A stretch of 31,427 bases of DNA from Chlamydiota bacterium (GCA_016196885.1 JACPWU010000007.1:1-31427), one strand, 5' to 3'. Counted from the first letter of the stretch, positions 22,801 through 30,547 are shown. The notes: a model not told the origin generated them from the sequence alone. Made by a program: numbers and translations.

Positions 22801-24706
22801 TCTCTCGATTACGGCGACGGATGGAACGCTCACCTCTTTAGAAACGGAGGTTGGGATTGCTGTGTCGCCCGACACCGATGACGATGGGATTCTGGATATC
22901 GATGAAGTGTCTTTGGGAACGGATCCTTTGAATCCCGATACCGATGGCGATGGTTTCACGGATGGTGAAGAATTGGAGGCGGGAACGGATCCTTTAGATG
23001 CGACCAGTCTTCCAGCCATCATCACGATTACGGCAGACAATCAATATAAGCTTTACGTGAATGGGGTGGAAGTGGGGAGCGGGAGTGATTGGGCGAGCCC
23101 CGATAGTTACCTTGTCCATTTGTCAGATGATGGGACGGGCGAGGTTAGCATTGAGGCGACGGACGTGGGTGGGATTGCGAGTATTGCCTGCCAGATTCAA
23201 TATGGGGATGAAATTCAAGTTTCAGATTTCACCTGGCAAGTTTCTACTTCTCTCCCATCGGCCTGGCCCTCTCCTACAAATACCTCTAGCATGCCGGGTG
23301 CCACAGAGCATTACGCGATGGGGGAAGGTCCTTGGGGAAGCACGGTTTCGAGTGCCTTTGAAGACAAGGTAAAATGGATTTGGTCCAGTGATCCTAACAA
23401 TCACGATCAGGTCTATCTTTGGACGAAATTCAACCCCCATCAGAACGGCATTTTTAGGGGCAGCGTGGATAACGTCGGAACCATTTTTAAAAATGGTGAA
23501 ACGATTGCCACGGGCTCTGATTGGTCGCAAGGTGTTTTTGCGGCAGCCGAGGTTCGCGCAGGCGATATTTTTGCCATCGAAGCCCGTGATGAAGGTGGCA
23601 TTGGAGCGGCTCTGGGTGAAATCACCTGGCGTGATGAGAATGGCATCACCCACACTTGGGCCTCGAACAGCAACTGGAAAATGGTCACCAGCATGTCCGA
23701 AGGCTGGGAGACAACTCTGGATGACACGCTTTCAGACTCCACTGAAATAGGAGCGCTCGGGGTGTCACCTTGGGGCAAGGACGGGAATCTTTCCGGAATC
23801 TCCCCTAAGGCGCAGTGGATTGGACCTGTGGATCCCTATGGGACCGATGAATTTGGGGTTATCACTCAGATTCCGGAAATCCTGCTCGAGATCACGGCGG
23901 ACAATGCGGCCACGGTGCGTGTGAATGGGACAGAGATTGGAAGCCTGTCAGACTGGACGCAGGGTGCCACGTTGGGTCTTTCAAATTTATCCGATGGGGA
24001 CACAATCGTTATCGAGGCCGAGAATTTCGGTGGCCCGGCAGGTGTCCTTGCTGTGTTGTACACACCCGACGAGACCCTTGTCACCAACTCCACTTGGAAA
24101 GCCTCTCGGGATGGCTCAACTTGGGTGCAGGCAAGCGCGTATGGAGCCAATGGTGTCTCGCCTTGGGGAAGCTTTCCTAATATTCCCGATGACGCCCAAT
24201 GGATTTGGACCTATTCAACAGACCACAGCCCTGTCTTCTTGAGCTTCACCCTGGGTGAGAGTAATACAGAGGAAGATTTGACCACTGTTCAAATCGCAGC
24301 CGACAACGCCTTCGAGCTTTATTGGAATGGCACACTCGTTGCTTCCGGAGATGATTGGAGCACTCTTCAGCGCGTGCCCATTTCCGGCACAGGTGTCTTG
24401 GCTGTGAAGGCGATAGATCTGGGTTACAAGGCAGGACTCATTCTCAGTGCGACAGGTTCCCATGAATTTGTTTCAGACGCTTCTTGGAAAGTTTCTACTG
24501 TGGAGGAAACGGGCTGGACAGACGTAGGTTTTGATGATTCTCATTGGAGCCCCGCGACAAGTTGGGGACCTTACGGGACAGAACCTTGGAACAGCAATGT
24601 CTCTGGTTTTTCAGACACGTCAGCAGAATGGATATGGACGGACAAGAATCAAACGGGATCAAGCGACATTGATTCCACCGTTTACTTTAGGAAAGTGATC
24701 GAATAA
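19829..24706 (+). CDS. Giant secreted multidomain protein 2. Modules: 14 x 47-aa propeller-type repeats, cadherin/VCBS-like modules, TSP3-type Ca-binding repeats, 4 C-terminal jelly-roll modules
   Basis: Start chosen at ATG 19829 (MLRKMLGMF..SSFLALGILLVSTC signal/anchor). The repeat unit is YTSLALDSNGKAHISYYDNTNGDLKYATNASGSWVKTTVDSSGSVG. Also VNPVNDAP and IANDADGD (cadherin-like), DTDDDG..DTDGDGFTDGEE (TSP3-like), and ITADN..LYVNG..GSDW four times. Confidence 0.9.
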   Translation: MLRKMLGMFLDRRVSSSFLALGILLVSTCRIWGWSTEEVGASKSFSDMGQRWLVLDGSGNPHIAYGGDSLYHAYYDGTSWHTETVDTSTGVGSFTSIGINSSGYMCISYYDETNADLKYATNVSGSWVKTTVDSTGSVGQYTSLALDSNGKAHISYYDNTNGDLKYATNASGSWVKTTVDSSGSVGGYTSLALNSSGKAHISYYDNTNGDLKYATNASGSWVTTTVDSSGSVGWYTSLALDSNGKAHISYYDASYGYLKYATNESGSWATYTVDRENNVGKYTSIALDSSGKIYISYYDDTNDDLMYVTGDTTGNNASWNITSYSSSANIGLYTSIAVDSSGRAHVSHYDSSNKAIEYTLISTEGQSPATTTVDVSEDNGLYTSLVLDSNGKAHISYYDNANADLKYTTNASGSWVTTTVDSSGSVGSNTSLALDSNGKVHISYYDITNGDLKYATNASGSWVKTTVDSTITVGWHTSLALDSNGKVHISYYDITNGDLKYATNASGSWVKTVVDSSGYVGGYTSLALDSNGKVHISYYDWTNSDLKYATNASGSWVKTTVDSSGYGGYYTSLALDSSGKVHISHADPVNDDLKYATNASGSWVTETVDSTGYVGQYTSLALDSNGKVHVSYYDNTNGDLKYATNASGSWVAEALDSSGSVGSYTSLALDSNDKVHVSYYDDTNSALKYITNADSPIAGGDSYALDEAASLAGSSVLANDSDPQGSSLTASLVRGPAYASSFGLNSDGTFSYTHDGSETTSDSFTYQASDGSHSSSETTVTLTVNPVNDAPLNSLPSAQGIDEDTSLTFSSANGNLISLSDADAGSSAVQVSLSTSNGALTLGSSFGLTFSTGDGTEDISMTFTGTMTNINAALNGMVFSPTANSNGSVSLSMTTNDQGNTGSGGALSDADSLTITVNSINDVPQIEEGQSFSVDETASDGTVVGTVIANDADGDAIAFSIVGGNTDGTFSIDSSGVIRVADSDSLEGSYTLSITATDGTLTSLETEVGIAVSPDTDDDGILDIDEVSLGTDPLNPDTDGDGFTDGEELEAGTDPLDATSLPAIITITADNQYKLYVNGVEVGSGSDWASPDSYLVHLSDDGTGEVSIEATDVGGIASIACQIQYGDEIQVSDFTWQVSTSLPSAWPSPTNTSSMPGATEHYAMGEGPWGSTVSSAFEDKVKWIWSSDPNNHDQVYLWTKFNPHQNGIFRGSVDNVGTIFKNGETIATGSDWSQGVFAAAEVRAGDIFAIEARDEGGIGAALGEITWRDENGITHTWASNSNWKMVTSMSEGWETTLDDTLSDSTEIGALGVSPWGKDGNLSGISPKAQWIGPVDPYGTDEFGVITQIPEILLEITADNAATVRVNGTEIGSLSDWTQGATLGLSNLSDGDTIVIEAENFGGPAGVLAVLYTPDETLVTNSTWKASRDGSTWVQASAYGANGVSPWGSFPNIPDDAQWIWTYSTDHSPVFLSFTLGESNTEEDLTTVQIAADNAFELYWNGTLVASGDDWSTLQRVPISGTGVLAVKAIDLGYKAGLILSATGSHEFVSDASWKVSTVEETGWTDVGFDDSHWSPATSWGPYGTEPWNSNVSGFSDTSAEWIWTDKNQTGSSDIDSTVYFRKVIE

Positions 24707-24724
24707 ACCAGTCCATCACTTGTT

Positions 24725-24782
24725 CGGGCATCCTCCTCGCCTCCTATTGGGAGGGGGGTTGCCCGGGCACGGACCTGTTTTT
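24725..24782 (+). terminator. Hairpin plus T-run after giant gene 2 (possible terminator or attenuator)
   Basis: CGGGCA..CCTCC-TATT-GGGAGG..TGCCCG at 24725-24765, then CTGTTTTT. Confidence 0.45.
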
Positions 24783-24889
24783 GGAAGAGTCACTTTATTC
24801 AACTGGCCGGGAATGAAAGGGGACAAAGGGAAAGAGGAAGAATTACAACAACAGTTTTGTAAAAAACAAATAGAAAAGGAAAGATTCAA

Positions 24890-25552
24890 ATGAAAAAGTT
24901 AGTGATCGTAGGGTTGATGATGGTGTTATCAGGTGGTTTTGCAATGGCCGAGATGGATGAGGTCAAGAAAGGGTTTTACATTGAAGGTCAGGTTTCAGCC
25001 ATGATTCCTACAGAGGATGGCTTGCAGACGGGGGTCTATTCCAATGGCAGATTGGGATACCGCTTCAATGATTATATGGGTCTTGAGGTGGAGTCCGGCT
25101 ATGCAAATATCAGCGAGGATCCGGACGTGGTGGATTATGATCTCATCCCCTTGCTTCTCAATGCACGTCTTCACCCGATCAAGGGAGAGAAATTTGATCC
25201 TTATCTTGTGGGAGGTTTGGGCGTTCTCTTCGTAGATGTGAATGTGGATGAAGAGGGCGTGGTAGATGAGGCATCGGCCTTGCTAGGTGTGGACTTGAGT
25301 GCTTTTAACACAAGTGTTTCTGTGGATGCGGATGCTGATGAGGCCTTTGCGGGGCAAATCGGGATCGGGGCCCTCTATCATTTCAATGACAACATTGCAG
25401 CGTTTTTGGAGGTTCGAGGCTTTTTCGCCCAGACAGATGTACATGTGAAAGAAATCGTCACTTCAGATGTTGGGAGTGCCAAGACAGAAATAGATGATGA
25501 AATGAAGTTTCATTCCGTGGTGGTGGGCGGCGGTTTGAGGATTAAGTTCTAG
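24890..25552 (+). CDS. Small outer-membrane beta-barrel protein, paralog 2
   Basis: Signal MKKLVIVGLMMVLSGGFAMAE and C-terminal GGGLRIKF. About four-fifths identical by eye to OMP1. Confidence 0.85.
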   Translation: MKKLVIVGLMMVLSGGFAMAEMDEVKKGFYIEGQVSAMIPTEDGLQTGVYSNGRLGYRFNDYMGLEVESGYANISEDPDVVDYDLIPLLLNARLHPIKGEKFDPYLVGGLGVLFVDVNVDEEGVVDEASALLGVDLSAFNTSVSVDADADEAFAGQIGIGALYHFNDNIAAFLEVRGFFAQTDVHVKEIVTSDVGSAKTEIDDEMKFHSVVVGGGLRIKF

Positions 25553-25577
25553 CCTGCGGGGTAGAGATTTTTAGCAA

Positions 25578-25638
25578 AAGCCCCGCCTCACTTTAAAATC
25601 GTCAATACCCCCCTGACGCTGGGGCGGGGCTTTGTTTT
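25578..25638 (+). terminator. Rho-independent terminator, paralog of 9673-9732
   Basis: AAGCCCCGCC (25578-25587) pairs with GGCGGGGCTT (25623-25632), followed by TTTGTTTT. Confidence 0.7.
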
Positions 25639-25664
25639 GCAATGATAATATAAGGAAGATAAAA

Positions 25665-26285
25665 ATGAATACAAAACTGTTAAAACTTTATTTTTTGTGT
25701 TTTTTTACTGGGGCATCCATTATTTTTTTGTCGGGTTGTGCGTCTTATAAGACAAAGATGTTAAATGTGATGCCCGTAGAGAATTATGCAACAAAAACGG
25801 AGGTTAAGGGTCTGAAAATAGCTGCGGATTCCTATGATACAGCCGAAAAGGCAAAGTCAGGATTTGATGTTGATGTCACGAAAGGTGGATATGTTCCCAT
25901 TAATTTGATTTTTGAAAACGAAACAAACAGTCGGTTTTTAGTGTTTAAAAATCAGATTACATTGTTGGGTGTAAATGGAACGGTTTTTTATCCGGTTTCT
26001 TCTCAGGTAGTGGCAGATGATATGGAAAATAATGCGATCGCTTATGGATTTTTGGGTGGTATACTTTCTTACATGTCGGCCGCGGATGCAAATAAGAAAA
26101 TGCAAAGCGATTGGCACGAAAAAGAACTGCCGGAGAATAAAATGATTCTTAAGGGAACAATGGCGTCTGGGGTTGTATTTTTTAAACTTCCCAAAGGAAC
26201 CAATGTACTCAACGGGTCATCCTTATCAATTCAAATAGAAGATATGGACACACAGGAGAAAACAGAAGTAAAAATTAACTTATAA
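25665..26285 (+). CDS. Lipoprotein, family not recognised (not alignable to lipoprotein 9802-10419)
   Basis: AAGGAAG RBS with ATG 25665, lipobox FLSGC. The track start at 25632 lies inside the terminator and was rejected. Confidence 0.8.
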   Translation: MNTKLLKLYFLCFFTGASIIFLSGCASYKTKMLNVMPVENYATKTEVKGLKIAADSYDTAEKAKSGFDVDVTKGGYVPINLIFENETNSRFLVFKNQITLLGVNGTVFYPVSSQVVADDMENNAIAYGFLGGILSYMSAADANKKMQSDWHEKELPENKMILKGTMASGVVFFKLPKGTNVLNGSSLSIQIEDMDTQEKTEVKINL

Positions 26286-26389
26286 AGTAAGAAAAACAAG
26301 TGGCTGGGTCTAGGGCAATAAGGGGGGAACGGGGGTTGCTTCCTTCAATCAATACCCCCTCTTAGATAAGAGGGGTCTGGGGAGTTAGT

Positions 26390-26770
26390 TCCTTAAAGGT
26401 TTCTTCTCCTTCTTTAGCAATGAGGTCTGATCATGCAGAATAGAATTTTGGGAAAACTCCATCAACCCAAGGACAGAGATAGGAAATGAGAACTCAAGAG
26501 CAACAGCTTGAGCCAGACAGGCCTTTGCAGTCCCTGTGGGATTGACCTGAAGAAAACGTAGGCATACACTGACAGGTGTCTGTCGCTTCCTAAGGAAAAG
26601 AAACATCTACTAGCGCAGTTAGCCCTTTGTCTGCCATTAAGGCAGCGGGCCTTCTTTGCTGGCATTTCTGAAGGTCAAGATGGCCAAGATGTCATGTTTT
26701 TATAGTCCCCAGGGGATGCGTCGAATTCCATTTTCCTATCCCTGTTCTTGGGTCAACATTCCTCTGGCAA
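26390..26770 (+). other. Non-coding copy of leader module 2 (homolog of 8655-8870) with copy-specific insertions
   Basis: Shared blocks, collinear and in the same orientation as leader A: CAAGAGC..CTTGAGCCAGA, CCTGAAGAAAACG-AGGCATAC, TTTCTGAAGGTCAAGATGG-CAAGAT, GCGTCGAATTCC, TGGGT-AACATTC. Confidence 0.55.
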
Positions 26771-26833
26771 CCTCTCTTCAAAAATATTAAAATAATCTCT
26801 AGCGTCTCATGCATTCATTCTCACGAAGCGTGT

Positions 26834-28774
26834 ATGCACGAAGAAAGAGCTATGGATTCTGACTCGTCCTCTCATCGGCTGGAGAATCAGTTTAAGGTTA
26901 CCGAGATCGCTTCCTGGACTTTTGGGGCGACTCTTTGCACCTTGATTCAAAGCCCATTCTTGAGCGTGGGTTCTCATTTAATTCTCAATGTTGTGGTCGG
27001 AACTTTTCTTTTCGTCTCTGTTGTAACTCACCGTTGGCTTCCTAGAAAATGTTCTCTGGAAACCTGCTTTTTTGTGGAGGCCATTTCCTTTTTGGTGTTG
27101 GTGTCTTTTTTGATTCATTTTACGGGGGGACCCCAGAGCCCTTTTTGGCTGCTTTATTATTTGCCGGTGATGATTGCCTTGGTCACTTTGGGGACACGCG
27201 CCTGCTTTGCCGTTTTGTTGTTTGCCATTGTGCTTTATATTTTAGAGACGGCCAAAACCTATTGGGAGAGAGACTGGGAGCGACTGCCCGTCGTAATCTT
27301 GAACGTGTTTAATTTGATTGCAATGACCGCGCTTGGTTATTCCCTCTCCAAGGCATTGGGGGAAGAGAGGATGTTAAAAGACATTGCCTTGAGGGAGAAA
27401 GAAGTTGCCCTTTTGGAAAGGGACCGCAACATGAAATTGCTTCGAGAGCGGCAGGAAGAAGTGGAAGAATTTGGCCGCCGGCTTTCTGAAACCAATCAAG
27501 AACTTATGGCACAGCAGGCCCAGCTTCTGCATGCAACCGAGGCCTTGGAGCGTATGAATAAGGAATTGAGAGAGATGGATCAGGTTAAAAATGATTTTGT
27601 TTCAATGGTGAGCCATGAATTGAAAACACCCTTGACTGTGATCAAAGAAAGCCTCTCTTTGATTCTGGAAGACACTCAGGTCCCGCTCAGCCCAGAGCAA
27701 GGTAAGTTTTTGGGCATTGCTCAGCACAGTGCGGGGCGACTTTCCAGTTTAATTCAAGAGGTGCTGGATTTTTCGAAATTGGAATCGCGAAAGGTGAAGA
27801 TGCACCGGGAAAAATTGGATGCGAGTTTAGAGATTCAATTTTTAAAGGAGCAGTATCTCACCTTGCTGGGCGATAAGAAATTAAATTTGAATGTGGTTGC
27901 CTCCGTGGAAGCCTTGATTTATGCGGATCGTGGACGTTTTCATCAAGTGATAGATAATTTGGTGAACAATGCTGTAAAATTTACTCCGGCGCAGGGGACG
28001 ATTGAGATTGGCATTGAAAAAATGGATCAAGCAGCTATTTTAAAGGCCCTTCAATCCACAGGGGCGGATCAGGATGTTTTGAAAGATCCTGAAATGCTTC
28101 AACTGACACTTTGGAAAAATTTTGTTGTGATTTTTGTAAGGAATTCAGGCCTCGGCATTTCCAAAGGTGATCTGAATAAAGTTTTTGAAAAGTTTTTTCA
28201 GGTGGATACGCGGGAGGGTCGTCCCAAGGGGGCCGGCCTGGGTCTAGCGATTGTGAAGAAGTTGATTCTCATGCATCAAGGGGGAGTCTGGGTGGAGAGT
28301 GAAAATGCAAAGGGGACATGTTTTAAAATTGCCTTACCTGTTTTTGAGGAGGCGTCGGATGTGTGGGAAAAATTGGGTGAATGGGTCCGTCAGGTTCGCG
28401 CCTCGCATGAAGAGGCCATGCTGATGACGCTCGATTTTAAAAATGCCTTTATCACATGGGGGGAGTGGGAGGTAGCCAAGGGCATGATGGAAGAGGTTTA
28501 TCGGGTGATGCTCAATTTAATTGTTTTGGGCAAGGAGGTTGTTTATCGTGTGGGGCCTTATCAATTTTTGATGTTGTCTCTAGGGTCTGATCATGCGCGG
28601 CCGGTGGAGGTGTTGGAAGAGGTTCAATCACATCTTCATGAACAGGGTTGGACAGAATTAGAAACGGGAATTCATTCAACCTTTGAATCGTTTTCTTGGA
28701 ACAGCTTAAAATTGGAAACGCTTTTAGAATATGTGGAAAGATTGATTTATGGAGTTCAGGATGAAGAGGGATGA
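26834..28774 (+). CDS. Membrane sensor histidine kinase with an extra C-terminal domain (possibly a degenerate GGDEF-like fold)
   Basis: About 5 N-terminal TM segments and a coiled coil. H-box FVSMVSHELKTPLTVI. Also NLVNNAVKFTP and GAGLGLAIVKKL. The C-terminal ~130 aa contain VYRVGPYQFLMLSLG where GGDEF domains have RxGGDEF (weak call). Confidence 0.85.
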   Translation: MHEERAMDSDSSSHRLENQFKVTEIASWTFGATLCTLIQSPFLSVGSHLILNVVVGTFLFVSVVTHRWLPRKCSLETCFFVEAISFLVLVSFLIHFTGGPQSPFWLLYYLPVMIALVTLGTRACFAVLLFAIVLYILETAKTYWERDWERLPVVILNVFNLIAMTALGYSLSKALGEERMLKDIALREKEVALLERDRNMKLLRERQEEVEEFGRRLSETNQELMAQQAQLLHATEALERMNKELREMDQVKNDFVSMVSHELKTPLTVIKESLSLILEDTQVPLSPEQGKFLGIAQHSAGRLSSLIQEVLDFSKLESRKVKMHREKLDASLEIQFLKEQYLTLLGDKKLNLNVVASVEALIYADRGRFHQVIDNLVNNAVKFTPAQGTIEIGIEKMDQAAILKALQSTGADQDVLKDPEMLQLTLWKNFVVIFVRNSGLGISKGDLNKVFEKFFQVDTREGRPKGAGLGLAIVKKLILMHQGGVWVESENAKGTCFKIALPVFEEASDVWEKLGEWVRQVRASHEEAMLMTLDFKNAFITWGEWEVAKGMMEEVYRVMLNLIVLGKEVVYRVGPYQFLMLSLGSDHARPVEVLEEVQSHLHEQGWTELETGIHSTFESFSWNSLKLETLLEYVERLIYGVQDEEG

Positions 28775-29684
28775 GCAGGGACAATTGATTGACTTTGGGA
28801 CAATCGAGTCCAATCTGGACCGCGTTTCGGAGTTTCACCGCGGTATCATGCCGATTCCCATTCGAAAGATTGTGGGGAGCCTCGGCCGCTATCGGGATTT
28901 TAATAAAGAATTTTTGCCGAGAAAAAAAAGAATGGATGCGAAGTACTTGAGTGTGCTCATGGCCATTCGTTCAGGCCTGGAGCTTCCGCCGGTTCAAGTG
29001 TATCAGGTGAATGATAAGTATTTTGTGATTGATGGGCATCATCGGGTGTCGGTTGCAAAATTTGAGGAGAAGAAGGAATTTATTGATGCAGATGTAATTG
29101 AGATTCGATTTGATTTTAAATTAGATCCGCTCCGTAAGTATAAAGTATCCACAGAAGGGGCACAGCAGTTTTTGATCACCTTGGAAGAAGAGGCTTTTCA
29201 AAAGAAGACGCTTCTTCGCAATCGGATTTTGGTTTACCCTTTAAAAGTTTCCGAGTTGACAAGTTTTGGAAAGCTTTTTGAGGAAATTTCAGATTTTAAG
29301 AAAACCTATGAGCATGGTGCTTTAATTTCCAAAGATATGATTTATGCCAGCTACGGTTGGTATGACAAAAGATTTCTCCCAGCCGTTCGCACGATTCTTG
29401 AAGAAAAAATCCTGGAGCATTTTCCCAAAAGAACATACACCGATCTTTATGTATGGATGAATTTGCATAAGTATTATCTCAGCCAAAAGGCGGGATACGA
29501 TGTGGGCTTTGATTTTACCAAGAAGGACTTTTTAAAAAAATACAGCCCGCCGGGCTTCCTAGAAATTTTGCCGAGTCGTGTGAAAGAGCTTTTGGGGGTG
29601 TTGAGGAGGGGTAAAGGAACAAAATCCGAAATTCTAAATCCGAAATTCGAAACAAGCACGAATGACCCAAATCCGAAATTATAA
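28761..29684 (+). CDS. ParB/Srx-fold (ParB N-terminal-like) domain protein; overlaps the kinase stop
   Basis: PPVQVYQVNDKYFVIDGHHRVSVAK is a ParB-like DGHHR motif. GGAG lies 6 nt before ATG 28761; ATG 28749 is an alternative. The last ~20 codons are encoded by the AAATCCGAAATT repeat. Confidence 0.7.
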   Translation: MKRDEQGQLIDFGTIESNLDRVSEFHRGIMPIPIRKIVGSLGRYRDFNKEFLPRKKRMDAKYLSVLMAIRSGLELPPVQVYQVNDKYFVIDGHHRVSVAKFEEKKEFIDADVIEIRFDFKLDPLRKYKVSTEGAQQFLITLEEEAFQKKTLLRNRILVYPLKVSELTSFGKLFEEISDFKKTYEHGALISKDMIYASYGWYDKRFLPAVRTILEEKILEHFPKRTYTDLYVWMNLHKYYLSQKAGYDVGFDFTKKDFLKKYSPPGFLEILPSRVKELLGVLRRGKGTKSEILNPKFETSTNDPNPKL

Positions 29685-29750
29685 ACATTGAGAGTTTTGA
29701 ATTTAGGTTTTCGAATTTGTTTCGAATTTCGTGCTTCGGATTTCGAGTTT
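29622..29750. repeat. CGAAAT-rich direct/inverted repeat cluster
   Basis: AAATCCGAAATT occurs at 29622, 29636 and 29669. CGAAATTCGAAAC (29641-29653) is the reverse complement of GTTTCGAATTTCG (29719-29731). AAGCACGAA is the reverse complement of TTCGTGCTT. Confidence 0.65.
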
Positions 29751-29761
29751 TATTTTTATTT

Positions 29762-30493
29762 ATGAATATTCTCGCTGTCTCTGACAAAGAAAGCAGCACC
29801 TTGATGAATTGGATTGAGGTGGGGGATCCAACTTTAAGGGCAGTGGATCTCGTCGTTTCGTGCGGGGACCTGTCGAGTTCATATTTGGAATTTATTCGAG
29901 ATGCCTTGGGGAAAGATTTGCTCTATGTGCGGGGGAACCACGACCCCAAGGCCCGTTGGGGGATAGACAGTTTTTCAGGTCCAAGACCTTTGCATGAAGG
30001 CCATGTCTATGAGCACCTTGCTGAGGGACTGGAGGATTTGCACGGCAAGATTTTTAGATTTCGGGATTGGGTGGTGGTGGGCTTCGAAGGTTCTCTTTGG
30101 TATAACGGTCAGGGGCCTCAGTATCATGAAGAAGAAATGAAAAGCATGGTTCGGAAAATGGAGTATCGCCTTAGATTAGAGAAAGTTTTTAATAGGATTC
30201 GCAAGATTTCAAAAAAAGTGATGGTCATTTCTCATGCCCCTCCCTTGGGTGTGCATGATGCGAGTGATTTATGCCATAAAGGTTTTGAATGTTTTCATCA
30301 TATGATTCATGCGTTTTCTCCCGTTTTATGGATTCATGGGCATACGGCGACTCAAACAGTGACTCAGAATCAAGCGAGCACTGTTGGAAAAACGATTGTG
30401 CTCAATGCCTATGAACACAAATTCATTCATGTGGAAGAAGGGCATGAACCTCTGATTTCTTATCGGCCAACGGTGTTGGTAAATCAAAAATAA
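29762..30493 (+). CDS. Metallophosphoesterase (calcineurin-like)
   Basis: MNILAVSD.., VSCGDL, VRGNHD, ISHAPP, IHGHT: canonical MPE motifs I-V. The track start at 29717 lies in the repeat and was rejected. Confidence 0.85.
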   Translation: MNILAVSDKESSTLMNWIEVGDPTLRAVDLVVSCGDLSSSYLEFIRDALGKDLLYVRGNHDPKARWGIDSFSGPRPLHEGHVYEHLAEGLEDLHGKIFRFRDWVVVGFEGSLWYNGQGPQYHEEEMKSMVRKMEYRLRLEKVFNRIRKISKKVMVISHAPPLGVHDASDLCHKGFECFHHMIHAFSPVLWIHGHTATQTVTQNQASTVGKTIVLNAYEHKFIHVEEGHEPLISYRPTVLVNQK

Positions 30494-30547
30494 GGAATTG
30501 GCATATGCACTTGATTCCCCTTAGATAGCAAGCGCCATGGCAAGAAG

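Noticed and set aside
24806-24821. The 16-nt motif as a sigma54 (-24 GG / -12 GC) or ECF-type promoter.
   Set aside because: The GG..GC spacing and TTGC element are absent. No conserved -10-like element follows the GGAAT in the four copies.
25632-25664. The track start at 25632 for lipoprotein 2 (MFCNDNIRKIK..).
   Set aside because: It lies within the terminator stem and T-run. ATG 25665 has an AAGGAAG RBS and gives a canonical lipoprotein signal.
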